In this document: in pieces, positions 26,986 to 39,971 of the stretch
Layout: every line of letters begins with the position of its first letter
Position numbering within the stretch: the first letter of the stretch is position 1
Source of the DNA: Octopus vulgaris
Lineage: Eukaryota
Length of the DNA stretch: 64,000 nucleotides
Direction: 5' to 3'
Assembly (NCBI GenBank): GCA_951406725.2
Contig: OX597818.1
Coordinates: 80,290,001-80,354,000, forward strand
Notes under the pieces: generated by a model
What the model was told of the DNA's origin: nothing
Databases searched by the model: none
The model's input: only the letters and a program-made list of their open reading frames with translations
Program-made: the position numbers and the translations under genes

Positions 26986-27583
26986 AGTAAAAAGGGTTAT
27001 GTTTGATGTGTAATTCTCTCACCCATTCAGTTAGATAATCAATAAGAAATATTTAACCCAATATTTTAAACAAAAAAAAAAAAAAAATTTAAGAAACGAA
27101 AGAAAAAGCTGCAAAACAAAAGGATATTTCTTTGCATTTGTAGTCAATATCTGAATACATTTTGTACAGCTATTATAGTCACCAATATCTGAAAATATTG
27201 TATTGGGGTTTCAAAGTACATTTATCTATTGTATTTAGTTGTTCGTGTAACGGATTTCATTTGTTTCCATGTAACCCAGAGGTCGTCCAGCATATGAGAT
27301 ATTGAATAGATGCTATCCGCTTACTTAATATCTAAATAACTTGCTAAAAATCGAATCAAATATTCGTTATTTTTTTTCTTTTTCTTTTGTATAGAAATCA
27401 CAAAGGCGGCGAATTAGCAAAGTCGTTAAAGCGTTGGAACAAATGTTTTGCTGTATTTAGCCCGGCCTTCTACACTCTGAGTTAAAAATTTTACCATGGC
27501 TAACTTAGTCTTTCATCCTTTTCCCGGTCCGACAAAAAGCATTGTGAGTGGATATGGTAGTCGGAAACTGAAAGAAGCCCATC

Positions 27584-27650
<67 letters not shown>

Positions 27651-27657
<7 letters not shown>

Positions 27658-27887
27658 ATATGTTACATTACTCGATAGTCAAGATAAAACTCTGAGTTTC
27701 AGATGCCGAAGTGGGAATCCACGCCGCCATAACCGAAGAGATGGCGGCGTGGATTCCCACTTCGGCATCTGAAACTCAGAGTTTTATCTTGACTATCGAG
27801 TAATGTAACATATTATTTTATAGATAAATTTCCTCTATTTACACAATATTGAGGTATCTTTCTTTCTTTTGTTATCTTACCGTTTTA

Positions 27888-27890
<3 letters not shown>
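27651..27890 (+). mobile_element. PLE-type terminal remnant with a perfect 80-bp inverted duplication, in (TA)n
   Basis: 27651-27730 is the exact reverse complement of 27741-27820; 10-nt loop; 3' tail to 27890. Confidence 0.85.
27729..27787 (+). ncRNA. Type-I hammerhead-like motif (U4C core variant)
   Basis: ATAA-CCGAAGA-[13-bp stem II, 11 paired]-T-GAAA-CTCAGAG-TT^TTAT. Confidence 0.65.
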
Positions 27891-27955
<65 letters not shown>

Positions 27956-28474
27956 TATAGCTATGTGTGCATGTCTTTCTGTTTGTATTTGTTCAACCCC
28001 ACCCGCGCTACGTAACAACCGATGTCGACTTGTTTACGTCCACCCAACTTAGCTGTTCGGCAAAAGAAAACCGATGGAATAAGCTCCCGGCTTTAAAAAT
28101 GAAAACTGGGATCGATTCGTTCGACAAACGTCACTGCAGTCCAGTGACTGAAACGTGTGTGTGTGCGCGCGCGTGTGTGTGTATGTTTAACCTCACAAAC
28201 GCTTGATGACCGGTGCTGGTTTGTTTAGATCCCTGTAACTTAGCGCTTCGACGAAAGGACTCGAAGGACAGGTATCAATCTAGGGGGCGACAGTTTAGCA
28301 GAATTGTTTGAGCGTTAGATTGGGATACATGTATTTGTTTTGGTTCTTTGCTTCTGTGCTCAAATTCTCTTCACTGTGAACGGAGATGGTTCCTTTGACC
28401 GTCGAGAAACGCAGCGATGGATAAGTATAAGGGTCGGTTTCGGTTTCGCTGTTGAATTTACCAATGGGGATTTA

Positions 28475-28794
28475 CATTATTTACATTTGACGGATATTTG
28501 TCCTCATCTTGTTTGTTGTTAACGCAACATTTCGGCTGATATGCCCTCCAGGCTTCATCAGGTGTCTTGGGGAAATTTCGAACTTGGGTTCTCATTCCTA
28601 AGGTATTTTTCGATGTTGTTGTTGTTATTATTATTATTATTACTATTATTATTATTACTATTATTATTCAGGTCACTGCTTGGAATGGAACTCGGAATCC
28701 TGAGGTGAGTAGCCCGCGCTCTTAACCACTATGCCACATGCCCGTCAAATGTAAACAATGTAAATAATGTACATAATTCCTCATCTCTTAAATA
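28475..28794 (-). mobile_element. tRNA-headed SINE-like element with hammerhead tail and inverted terminal duplication
   Basis: A-box TGGCATAGTGG (28726-28736), B-box-like GAGTTCCATTCC, (AAT)n, HHR; inverted CCGTCAAATGTAAA at 28742; TSD GGGATTTA (28467-28474; 28795-28802). Confidence 0.8.
28522..28565 (-). ncRNA. Type-I hammerhead motif, partly mutated stems
   Basis: ACAC-CTGATGA-A-GCCTG(GAGGGCATAT)CAGCC-GAAA-TG-TT^GCGT. Confidence 0.7.
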
Positions 28795-28984
28795 GGGATT
28801 TAGTTCTCTGTATAATAAAGAAGACATTTTCATTTTGCTTCTTAACATGTCTGTGTTTTCACGTCCACGAGACGTACACATACATAAACAAATAATGAGG
28901 TCTTATATAGTATAAGGTTGTATAGCACGGTATATATGCTGGACATTCTCTTGGTTACGATAGCAAGCGTTCCAGTGTTTGTGA

Positions 28985-29233
28985 CAGTAACATGTAAGTG
29001 GCTGAGCACTCCACAGACATGCGTACCATTAACGTAGTTTTCGGGGAGATTCAACGTGGCACAGAATGTGACAAAAAATTTGAATTACAAGTACAACTAA
29101 TTTTGGACATCCGAGAGAATGGAGTAACGACAAATATAAATACTAAAAAAAAAACAACGTGCAGCCTGGAATCGAACCTATGATTTTACAAACGCGATTC
29201 GAATACCCCTAACCACTAAGCCATGCGCCTTCA
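28985..29233 (-). mobile_element. Decayed tRNA SINE
   Basis: Minus strand GAAGGCGCATGGCTTAGTGGTTAGGG..GGTTCGATTCC. Confidence 0.7.
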
Positions 29234-29263
29234 CTATTACAGCATGATACAGAGTATTATGAT

Positions 29264-29870
29264 ATATATTTCTTTATTGCCCACAGGGGGCTTAACACAG
29301 AGGACAGACAAAGGGATTGAGACGATAACATCGACCCCAGTGCGTAACTGGTACTTATTTAATCGACCTCGAAAGGATGAAAGGTAAAGCCGACCTCGGC
29401 GGAGTTCGAACTCAGAACGTAACGGCAGACGAAATACCGCTAACGATTCTTACTTCTTTATTGCCCACAAGGGGCTAAACATAGAGGGGACAAACAAGGA
29501 CAGACAAAGGTATTAAGTAGATTATATCGACCCCAGTGCATAACTGGTATTTAATTTATCGACTCCGAAAGGATGAAAGGCAAAGTTGACCTCGGCGGAA
29601 TTTTTAACTCAGAACGTAGCGGCCGACGCAATACCTATTTCTTTACTACCCACAAGGGGCTAAACACAGAGGGGACAAACAAGGACAGAAAAACGGATTA
29701 AGTCGATTATATCGACTCCAGTGCGCAACTGGTACTTATTTAATCGACCCCGAAACGATGAAAGGCAGAGTTGACCTCGGCGGAATTTGAACTCAGAACG
29801 TAGCGGCAGACGAAATATCGCTAAGCATTTCGCCCGGCGTGCTAACGATTCTGCCAGCTCGCTGCTCTAA
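29264..29870 (-). mobile_element. SINE trimer (one head, three bodies) inside a single TSD
   Basis: 15-bp TSD ACAGAGTATTATGAT (29249-29263; 29871-29885). Confidence 0.85.
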
Positions 29871-29909
29871 ACAGAGTATTATGATTTAATATAAGGTTGT
29901 ATAGCATAC

Positions 29910-30712
29910 TGTGCAGCAGAGCTTAGCTTAGTGTTGAGTATAGTATAATACAGAGTTTATTTTCGTGTATAATGTATTGTAGCATAAATAGCTTGTCGTC
30001 GTCGGCTTTGTCTCGTACTCGAGTATTTATTTTCTTCTTTGCTGAACGTTTCGTTTATGATGGAGTTGATGACGACAATTCTTGCATAGAATAGTCGATG
30101 GCATAGACTATATTGGTGGAGGACGAGGTTGATTTTGCCGAGCATTTCTTTCCTATCGTTTGACTTATTCCTTGTAATGGTTTTGTATAGATAGCTATAG
30201 TAATATCCATACTGAAGGGTAGAAAAATGTAGTTAAATAAATGGCTTAGTGAGAAATAGTGTATTGTGTATTTGTATTTATGTATAACGATAAACGTCGC
30301 CCTTTTCAAGCCTAGCCAGGCTCATGGACCCGGTTTCCCGGTTTCTGTGGCGTATGTGTTCCCCACCAGCTGGAGGGGACGCCAATCAATCGCAGCTCAA
30401 AAAACAGGAAGAGAAAGTGAGAGAAAGTTGTGGCGAAAGAGTACAACAGAAGTCGCCACCACCCCCTACCGGATCCTCGGGGAGCTTCGAGATGTTTTCG
30501 CTCAATTAACACACACAACGCTCGGTCTGGGAATCGAAACCGCGATACCCCGACCGCGATACCCCGACCGCGAGTCCGGTGCCCTCACCACTGGGCCATT
30601 GCGCCTCCACGTATTTAAGTATACTATAAGTTAATTTTAGCGGAAGTTAGTAGAGCATGGTAGAGTGAAGTGCAGTATGATATAGTTAATTGTAGTGTTG
30701 TATACTTTGGTA
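29910..30712 (-). mobile_element. Possible solo LTR interrupted by a SINE
   Basis: CATAC direct repeats at 29905-29909 and 30713-30717; TG at one end but TA rather than CA at the other; minus-strand AATAAA ~45 bp from the end. Confidence 0.4.
30295..30610 (-). mobile_element. tRNA SINE sharing its 3' tail with the 9478 SINE
   Basis: A-box TGGCCCAGTGG, B-box GTTTCGATTCC, internal 14-bp duplication CCGCGATACCCCGA. Confidence 0.85.
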
Positions 30713-31141
30713 CATACTATATTCAACATCACGTGCAATAGACCGTGTGCGGCAAAAACCCCATTACACTCACACTTTTTTGATAAGCATTTTCAACAGA
30801 CGGCGTATATTGGTTCCTGCCATGATGGTAACTTTAATAAACAACAAAACATTTGCAACATGAAAATATCATTGCTATTTGCCTAACTTTATAAGCGTCT
30901 CATTAATGGTCGTGTAAAATATGGGCGATTTTTCTGCCGGGCGATCTATCTATCTATCTATCTATCTATCGATGTGAGTGCGCACGCGCGTGCGTGTATC
31001 CAGTCCAACAGACAATACTACTACAGTTGGTGTATATAATTAAAACCTCAAACGTCGAGTTGTTATGAGCAGACATTGATCTTTCAGTTACAGACAGTTA
31101 AGTCGTTAATCATTTCTCTACAGTTCAAGTATTTCTCATGT

Positions 31142-31178
<37 letters not shown>

Positions 31179-31225
31179 AACAAGTACACAGAAACACAAA
31201 TAGATACGCACAGATATACATACAC

Positions 31226-31276
<51 letters not shown>

Positions 31277-31440
31277 CACACACACACACACATATATATT
31301 CAAATATATACACATAATAATACGTAAAGACTGTGTAAAGATACAGAAATAAAACACACCGAGATTCGGACTCAAACGCAGACAAATATAGATGTACAAA
31401 TATAACAAATTCATAAATATACACATTCACATACAATAAT

Positions 31441-31674
31441 ATATTTCTTTACTACCCAGAAGGGGCTAAACACAGAGGGGCCAAAGAAGGACAGACAAAC
31501 GGATTAAGTCGATTACATCGACCCCAGTGCGTAACTGGTACTTAATTTATCGACCCCGAAAGGATGAAAGGCAAAGTCGACCTCGGCGGAATTTGAACCC
31601 AGAACGTAACGGCAGACGAAATACGGCTACGCATTTCGCCCGGCGCGCTAACGCTTCTGCCAGCTCGCCGCCTT
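31441..31674 (-). mobile_element. Full-length Meta-domain-like tRNA SINE
   Basis: Minus strand AAGGCGGCGAGCTGGCAGAAGCGTTAGC..GGGTTCAAATTCC.. Confidence 0.9.
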
Positions 31675-31890
31675 ATATACTTATAACAATAATAAGCTTA
31701 TTGTATACAGTGGTCAGGTGCGTGACTCGTTGGAAAAGGGTTAAAAGGAGGAACAAAAAGCAGCCGTATATGTCAAGTAAAGAAGGACAGTAATGAAAGC
31801 TAGAAGTACGTGCATAGTACACTGAATAAAACACAAAACAGGAAAGTGAATAGATAAAGAGGGAAGCGTACGCAGGCATATCAGGAGTAT

Positions 31891-32325
31891 TACTCTTTTA
31901 CTTGTTTCAGTCATTTTGACTGCGGCCATGCTGGAGCACCGCCTTCAGTCGAGCAAATCGACCCCAGGACTTATACTTTTGTAAGCCTAGTACTTATTCT
32001 ATCGGTCTGTTTTGCAGAACCGCTAAGTTACGGGGACGTAAACACACCACCATCGGTTGTCAAGCGATGTTGGGCGGACAAACACAGACACACACAAACA
32101 CACACACAGACACACAAACACACACAAACACACACACAGACACACACACACACATATATATACGACGGGCTTCTTTCAGTTTCCACCTACCAAATCCACT
32201 CATAAGGCTTTGGTCGGCCCGAGGCTATAGTAGAAGACACTTGCCCAAGGTGCCACACAGTGGGAATGAACCCGGAACTATGTGATTGGTAAGCAAGCTA
32301 CTTACCACACAGCCACTCCTGCGCC
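31891..32325 (-). mobile_element. Full-length CORE-type SINE
   Basis: Minus strand GGCGCAGGAGTGGCTGTGTGGTAAG..; central (CA)n; tail TGACTGAAACAAGTAAAAGAGTA. Confidence 0.9.
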
Positions 32326-32619
32326 TATTGTTGATGAATTTTGGAAAAACTAGAATTGTCGAAGGGGCCAGGGTCCAGGCAGCTAAAAACCGATAAGGTT
32401 AGTTTATTTCAATGCTTCGAGAATTGTGCTTTAAAAAAACGTTTGCGAAAGTTATGAGTGTTGCACTGTTTTTTATTTTAATTTTATAAGCATGACGATG
32501 AGAGGTAGAGATATTGAAAGAAAAAAGAAATGGTGGCCAAAATTGTTGTTGGAGTAATTGTTGGTGGATAATCTTGTGGGATTCTAACAAGTCAGCTGCT
32601 AGACATCTAAACCTTAGTA

Positions 32620-32949
32620 CAGGGTTTCTCAACTATTTTGATTACTATTTTATTCTGGTGAACCCCCATAGCTATTCGATGCTTAAAAACTAGTTTTATA
32701 GAAGCTTCTTTCAAAATTTCATTTCTTTCCCCACACATTAACTTGTGTAGGTTGAACTATGTAAAATATTAGAGAAAGAAATCTAGCTGTTTCTCGCAAT
32801 ACATACCAATACATACATCTAAGGCAAAATCTTTTCTGGGGCTGTTAGAATATTATTGTAGATTGTTAATTTACTGTTTGGTTGCATGGATCCCCAAAAG
32901 TGTTATATGGACCATCAGGGGCCATATTGGCCCCGGTTGAGGACCACTG
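32620..32949. mobile_element. hAT/Charlie-like MITE
   Basis: CAGGGTTTCTCAAC / GTTGAGGACCACTG ends; 8-bp TSD CCTTAGTA/CTTTAGTG. Confidence 0.75.
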
Positions 32950-33192
32950 CTTTAGTGTGTCGATATCCAGAGAAGCAGGACATTTTTGCATGCATTTACA
33001 TTTCAAGATATGGTAAGTAACTGGCGGAGAGTATTTGTTACATGTATCTGGACGGCTTCAAGTGGATCGATATTCTGGACAAAACAGGAGTTCCATAGAA
33101 ACTGTAAGAAAAGACGTTACAACAATGTATAGCTTTACACAGATAGACATAGATAATTATCCTCATATAATATAAACGAGCACACACACATT

Positions 33193-33605
33193 TACTCTTT
33201 TACTCTTTTACTTGTTTCAGTCTTGTGACTGTGGCCATGCTGGAGCACCGCCTTTAGTCGAGCAAATCGGCCCCAGGACTTATTCTTTGTAAGCCTAGTA
33301 CTTATTCTATCGATCTCTTTGGTCGAACCACTAAGTTACGGGGACGTAAACACACCAACATCGGTTGTCAAGCGATGTTGGTGGTGGGGGGACAAACACA
33401 GACATACAAATATACACACACACATACATATATACATATATACGACGGGCTTCTTTCAGTTTTCGTCTACCAAAACTACTCACAAGGCTTTGGTCGGCCC
33501 GAGGCTATAGTAGAAGACACTTGCCCAAGGTGCCACGCAGTGGGACTGAACCCAGAACCATGTGGTTGGTAAGCAAACTATTTATCACACAGTCACTCCT
33601 ACGCC
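33193..33605 (-). mobile_element. Full-length CORE-type SINE
   Basis: Closely similar to 31891-32325. Confidence 0.9.
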
Positions 33606-33657
33606 TACATTATAAGTTTAGGAATAAATTTTCAAAAAATTTTCTGAATTAAAAAGT

Positions 33658-33724
<67 letters not shown>

Positions 33725-34159
33725 ATCAAGTAGAATAAATCAAAGTGAATTAAAACATTTTAAGTATAAAAGGATAAAATATCCAATAAGTCTAAATATA
33801 TCATATGTAAAGTGTCTTACACTGAAAACTTAAATTTTTTGTTACTATTTTTATGTTAATTTTCCTTATTTCTTGAATACTGAAGATATTGTTTCGTTTA
33901 AATGTCTATAATAAACAACCATCTCATGCTTTTAGTTAATTAACAACAACAATCAACAGTTAAAATCTCTTGTTTACCATTTACAAGTGAGACTGTTCTT
34001 TCTCTTGATTTAGTACAGTTTGGCAAAGTTTAAGATACATCATTATAAGTTATGATTTACAACCATAGATTTTAGATTGAAATGTAGATAAAAAAAATAT
34101 TCGGAATTACACTCAAGAATTCTGTGGATATATTTTTCTCGTATATGAACACCTATTCA

Positions 34160-34203
<44 letters not shown>

Positions 34204-34244
34204 ACACACACACATATCTTTTTTTCATTGAAACTGAATGACTG

Positions 34245-34287
34245 TCTCGCGACATGTGTTTCACGCCACTGCAGTCTTCAGGCGAGA
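34245..34287 (-). ncRNA. Type-I hammerhead motif
   Basis: TCTCGC-CTGAAGA-CTGCAGTGGCGT-GAAA-CACATG-TC^GCGAGA; 6-bp stem I; palindromic ACATGT in stem III. Confidence 0.75.
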
Positions 34288-34628
34288 GCTTTTGTGCGAA
34301 ACACGAGTTGCAAGACAAATATTCAGTACAGTTTTAAAGAAACATAAAACATATACTCTACAATGTATATTGAGTACTCCTCATTCATCTGATATAAACT
34401 AACGTATGTGTGCAAGTGTCAGTGTGTGCGTGCGTGTGTGCGTGCGTGTGTGTGTGTGTGTGTGCGGGTGTGTGTGTGTGTGCATGCACGCGCATGTCTG
34501 TATGAGTCTTGGTGTATGCATGAGTGTGTAGTAAAGTTCAGGTGTATAAGTTTCTGTATATAAAAATATGTGAACCTATATGTAAGGGTGTTTTGGATTT
34601 TCATTATATCTATCTCTAAATCTATCTA

Positions 34629-34713
<85 letters not shown>

Positions 34714-34717
<4 letters not shown>

Positions 34718-34934
34718 TAAATAACAAGGGTAGAAATTGATGTTAATAAATAAAACCAGTGGCTTAACATATCTAAAAAACCCGAAGATTAAAAATTGCG
34801 ATACATACAAAATTTAGAGGAATGACCACTAAAGAATGTTCTTGAGAATACATTCTTCGCGGTAATAGCGCTTTGACGTCTATGTTTAGCATATAGGGTG
34901 TCCACTTTAGTGGTCATTCCTCTAAATTTTGTAT
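34714..34934. mobile_element. Short (TA)n-flanked element with a 30-bp perfect inverted repeat
   Basis: 34805-34834 is the reverse complement of 34905-34934; AAAACCAGTGGCTTAACATA resembles the end of the 45589 element. Confidence 0.65.
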
Positions 34935-35761
34935 ATATATATAAACACATATATATCTCAAAAATTGATTGAGAACCACTACCTAACCCATGGGTCTGTT
35001 TTGGATAGTCGTTAGTTGTGAGAGTTTTACGAGGTGGAAGTGCAAATCCTACCCCAACCAATTTCAGTCGCTTTTCACGACACACAGAGGAAAGGTTGGG
35101 TCTATTCTTTCATATATTGAACTCCACAGTGCAACATGCTGTTATATAACACTATAATTTCATAATTAGCGAGGACAGATTAAGTTCAAGACATAAGAAC
35201 GAATTCTTGACAGATTTACCTTGTGGTATCTTCAGCCGTTATTAATATTCGAAGACAGAATTACCGAGAAGCCATATCATAGAGAGGAATTGTCATAACC
35301 TCCTGCAGAATCTGATCGCGCTCATTTAAAAAAAAAATTATTTGATTTGCCCACTGCTTTATTTATCGTCGGCAAAATGTTCTAGAGCATTCTATAAGAC
35401 ATTTGTCAGGAAGATTTCAGCTCACCAGTCGATCTGATTGACTGATCCACAGTCGTGTGAGTTCAATGCCTTTTACGGAAGCCGTGGTACGAAGCTAGGA
35501 AAAATGAATGCGATGGTTGAAGACACATTGCCATTTTACTACAAGATTTTACACACACACACGCACACACACACAAATATACACATACACTCAAATAGAG
35601 AAATGGATGCCTACAAACATGTTTCAATCATATACATATAAACCCTTACACACACACTCTCTCTCTCCCTCTCTTTCTCTCTCTCTCTACATATACACAC
35701 ATATCTACGTGTATGGAACACACAAGAGATCTTGCTTTATAGTTCTAAGATAAATTGGTAT

Positions 35762-36283
35762 CGGCGAGCTGGCAGAAACGTTAGCACGCCGGGCGAAATG
35801 CGTAGCCAAATTTCGTCTGCCGTTACGTTCTGAGTTCAAATTCCGCCGAGGTCGACTTTACCTTTCATCCTTTCGGGGTCGATAAATTAAGTACCAGTTA
35901 CGCACTGGGGTCGATGTAATCGACTTAATCCGTTTGTTTGTCCCCTCTGTGTTTAGCCCCTTGTGGGTAGTAAGGAAATAGGTATACCACGTAGAGCTCT
36001 TATTAACTATACCACTCCTACCTGCTGCCGGCATATCCATCAACGCCACCGCCGAGTAACCAACAATAAGCATCAATATTATTTTCAAATTTTGGCACAA
36101 GGCCAGCAATTTCGGGGATGTACCAGTTGAAAACAGCGATTCAACTGGTACTAATTTATTGACCCCAAAAGGTCGAAAGGCGAAGTTGACTTCGGCGGAA
36201 TTTGAACTAAGAACGTAAAGACAGACGAAATAGTGTTAAGCATTTCGCCCGGCGTGCTAACGTTTCTGCCAGTTCGCCGCCTT
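35762..36283. mobile_element. Two Meta-like SINEs in convergent orientation (+35762-35981; -36085-36283)
   Basis: Family motifs on opposite strands. Confidence 0.85.
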
Positions 36284-36913
36284 ATATATATAACGAATAA
36301 ATATTAATACCAATGTCAGTAGCAACACCTACGCAACAAATTATACAACCACCAACAACAATAACAACGAGACTAATATCACCAGAAACAGTTATATCAC
36401 CGTAAGTACCAATGCCATTATCACTATCACAGCAACCACACCATTACTAATACAAACACTATCACCTCAACCGTAACAGCCACACCAGCGGCACTAACAC
36501 GACTACTAATACTACCACCATTATCACGACTACTACTTCCATCATTATCATCATCGTTATGACCATTATAACCCTTATCAATTATAACCCTTATCAATTG
36601 CTCTCTTAATATTGTCCCTATGTACACGCGCGCGCACACACACGCATACGCACACACACACAAACACACTCATGCACATCAGTGTAATTAAGCTAACTTT
36701 TTACACTGGCACCATATCAATTCATCTACACACATTTCTATAAATTACATTTGTATGTGTGTGTGTGTGTGTGTGTGTATGTGTGTGTGTGTTTGCGTGT
36801 GTGTGTACGTGTGCACCTTTGGTATTTTTCATTTCTAAATGTGCACATCAATATTTTTCTTGATTTCTTTGTATGCACATATACTCTCATTTTCACTTGC
36901 TCTCACATAAGTA

Positions 36914-37002
<89 letters not shown>

Positions 37003-37295
37003 GCTTCTGTCTATTTGTCTATGTTTGATATATGTATTTATCTACCATTTTCTTTCTGCCGGATCTCTAAGTTACGAGGACGTAAGCAAACCAACACCGT
37101 TAGTTAAGAAGTGGTGGGCGGACACACACACACACACGCACGCACACCCACACTCACACAATGAACACCCACATATATACAAATGTATATAGACACATGT
37201 ATATACACATATGCATACAAACATATACATATGTACACACACACATACACATACACATATACACTGTATATACATATGTATGTGTGTGTGCGTGT

Positions 37296-37335
<40 letters not shown>

Positions 37336-37397
37336 ATGTATGTTAAATGCCAATATCATCGTCTCTTAGAGGACAGCCACATTAAATTGGCTACAGG

Positions 37398-37450
<53 letters not shown>

Positions 37451-38586
37451 CGAGAAAGAGAGAGGGAGAGAAAGAGGGAAGAGATATACATATGGAGTGA
37501 GAAAGAAGAGTGAGAAGGTGAGAGAGAGAGAGAGAAAAGAGCAAGGAACAAAGAAAGAAAGAAAGCAATCAGAACGCGCTTGTATAGAAAACCACCAGAC
37601 ATATCTCCCATATCTCCAAGAAGGAACATTCAAAGAAAATACAGCCAGTTTAATTCCAAGAATTATAGCTGATAAAACTATTAACGTGGAAGAAGAAAGC
37701 GACTGACCTTTGGCTAACATATTTGGTTGGCTGGTTAGCAGTTTGGAATGAATGGGCAAAGCTTTTCTGAAATGTCCAGGAGATTTCTTCAAATGTCTAA
37801 CTATATTGAATAAACGGATGTCGCTTTTTTTTTGTTTTTTCTTTTACTTGACTGTCCAGAAGGTTTTTGGTGGAGCGGTGGGGTTGAATGTCCAGTTATA
37901 TTGGATAAATGACCGGCTGCTTTCTTGCTACTGCTCAATGGTCGTAGTTGAATGTCTATATCTATATTAAATCATTCAAAGACTGATCAATTGGTTTGTT
38001 AGACTGTCCGCTTTCGACAGCATGTCTTTTATCTTTTACACATTTCAGGAATTTTACCACTGCGGCCATGCTGCACCACCGCCTTGAAGAGTTTTGGTTG
38101 AATAAATCAATCCTGGCACTCGTGTTCTTTTTTTACAAAGTCTGGTGATTATTCTATCGGTCTCTTTTTGCCGAATCTCTAAGTTACGAGAATGTAAACA
38201 AACCAACACCGTTAGTTAAGAAGTGGTGGGAAGACACACACACACATCCTCTACATGATACATTTGTTTCAACACACGAGTTACACACCAGTAACCTTGC
38301 TAACCAAATACAAATACGAAATTGAATAATTTAGTATTACACACACACATATACACACAAACACACATACACGCACCCACGCACACATACACACACAAAC
38401 ACAGACACACACACACGCACAAACACACACGCACATGCACGCACACATGCACACACACATACATGTGTGTATGCATATATATTATGTATGCATGCACATA
38501 TGTATGCATGCACACACGTCTTCATATACGCATGTGTACGTTCACACATGTCATGTATGAATGGCATTGCGCATATGTAGATGTAA

Positions 38587-39030
38587 TTACATGCTGAACT
38601 TCATGAATTTTTTGCATATTTTGACCGTGCCTTTGTCAAAGTGTAGCTGTAATCTTCTGAATAACCGAGTTTTCTTTTTAATGCCTGAAACCCAGTTAGC
38701 AGTGAGGTAGATATTTGCATAGCTAAGATTTCCAATAATTATTAGTAGAAATCTAAAATTGTAGTCCGGATTGTGTAACAGCAGATTTCTTATCAGTTCC
38801 ACACGTATGCATGTTTTCTTTTTCTGACATCTTCTAGGTAAATGATTTCAACAACTGTTCATCGTTTCTTTTTCAGTTTCGAGTCATGATGTCCGGTATG
38901 TTAGGCTTGCATTTTATCAAAGTTTTGACAACGACATTCCCGCATTATTCTTTCAACCTGCATGTGGTTATATCCTTCACATCACATTTGCTTATGTTTG
39001 TCTCCTTTCCTTTCAATAGATTTCATTATA
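38587..39030 (-). mobile_element. Old R4/Dong-like LINE C-terminal fragment
   Basis: ELIRNL..PDYNF..IIIG.L..GTVKICKKFMKF, homologous to the end of the 13871 element. Confidence 0.7.
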
Positions 39031-39129
39031 TAATGTTCTAACCACGACATCGTGTCTCAGAAGTAGGTAATACCATGAAGACATTTTCGGGCAGTTGCTT
39101 ATGATAGGAGCATCCTGAAATATTAGTTA

Positions 39130-39580
39130 CAAATTTTGGCACAGGGCTAGTAATTTTAGTTTGTGTGTTTGTGTGTGTGTGTATGTGTGCGTGTGTGTGT
39201 ATGGAATGGGGGTCATTTACATCAACCCCAGTGTTCAACTGGTTCTTATTCTATCGACCCCGAAAGGATGAAAGGCAAAGTGGGCCTCGGCGGAATTCGA
39301 ACATAAAACGTAAGGACGGACAAAATGCCGCTAAGCATTTTGCCCAGGATGCTACCGATTCTGCCAGCTTGTTGACTTTGGTTTCAAATTTGAGTTCAAG
39401 GCCCGCAAATTCAGGTGAAGTGGTAAGTCGAATACATCGACTGGTAATTACTTTATTGAACTCGAAAGGATGAAAAGCAAAGTCGATCTTGACGGAATTT
39501 GAACTCGGAATGTGAAGACGGATGGAATGCCGCTAAGAATCTTGCCCGGCGTGATAACGATTCTGCCAGCTCGCCGCCTT
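39130..39580 (-). mobile_element. Meta-like SINE dimer
   Basis: Family motifs. Confidence 0.8.
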
Positions 39581-39935
39581 GACTTAAACTCTTCAAATAC
39601 AGCCATCTTATGTCATTCACTAGGATTGTACCAATTCTTCCCCACTTTTATTCCCCCTTGCCTTGTCTATTACGAACCCCTGTAATTGCCATTTCTATCC
39701 GCGTTTCGTTACATCCATCGACCAACAAAAATTCGAACTATACATCCAAATGCAGCTACCCAACCAATCCGAAAAAAACGTGCAACAAGGACTTCTAAAA
39801 ACATGTCTTTTATTTTAAGCTAGCTGTGTGGTTAAGAAGCTCATTCTGTAGCAAAGTGGTTGTGGGTTCAGTCCCACTGCGCGGTTCCTCGGGCAAGGGA
39901 ATGAATTTGATAGACGGAAACTGTGTGGAAGCCCG

Positions 39936-39971
<36 letters not shown>

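Noticed and set aside
28670-28743. Functional tRNA gene
   Set aside because: A/B boxes are present but there is no convincing acceptor stem or cloverleaf; treated as a SINE head, as are the other heads
37540-38010. Possible host exon or LINE fragment
   Set aside because: No recognisable motif or splice framework
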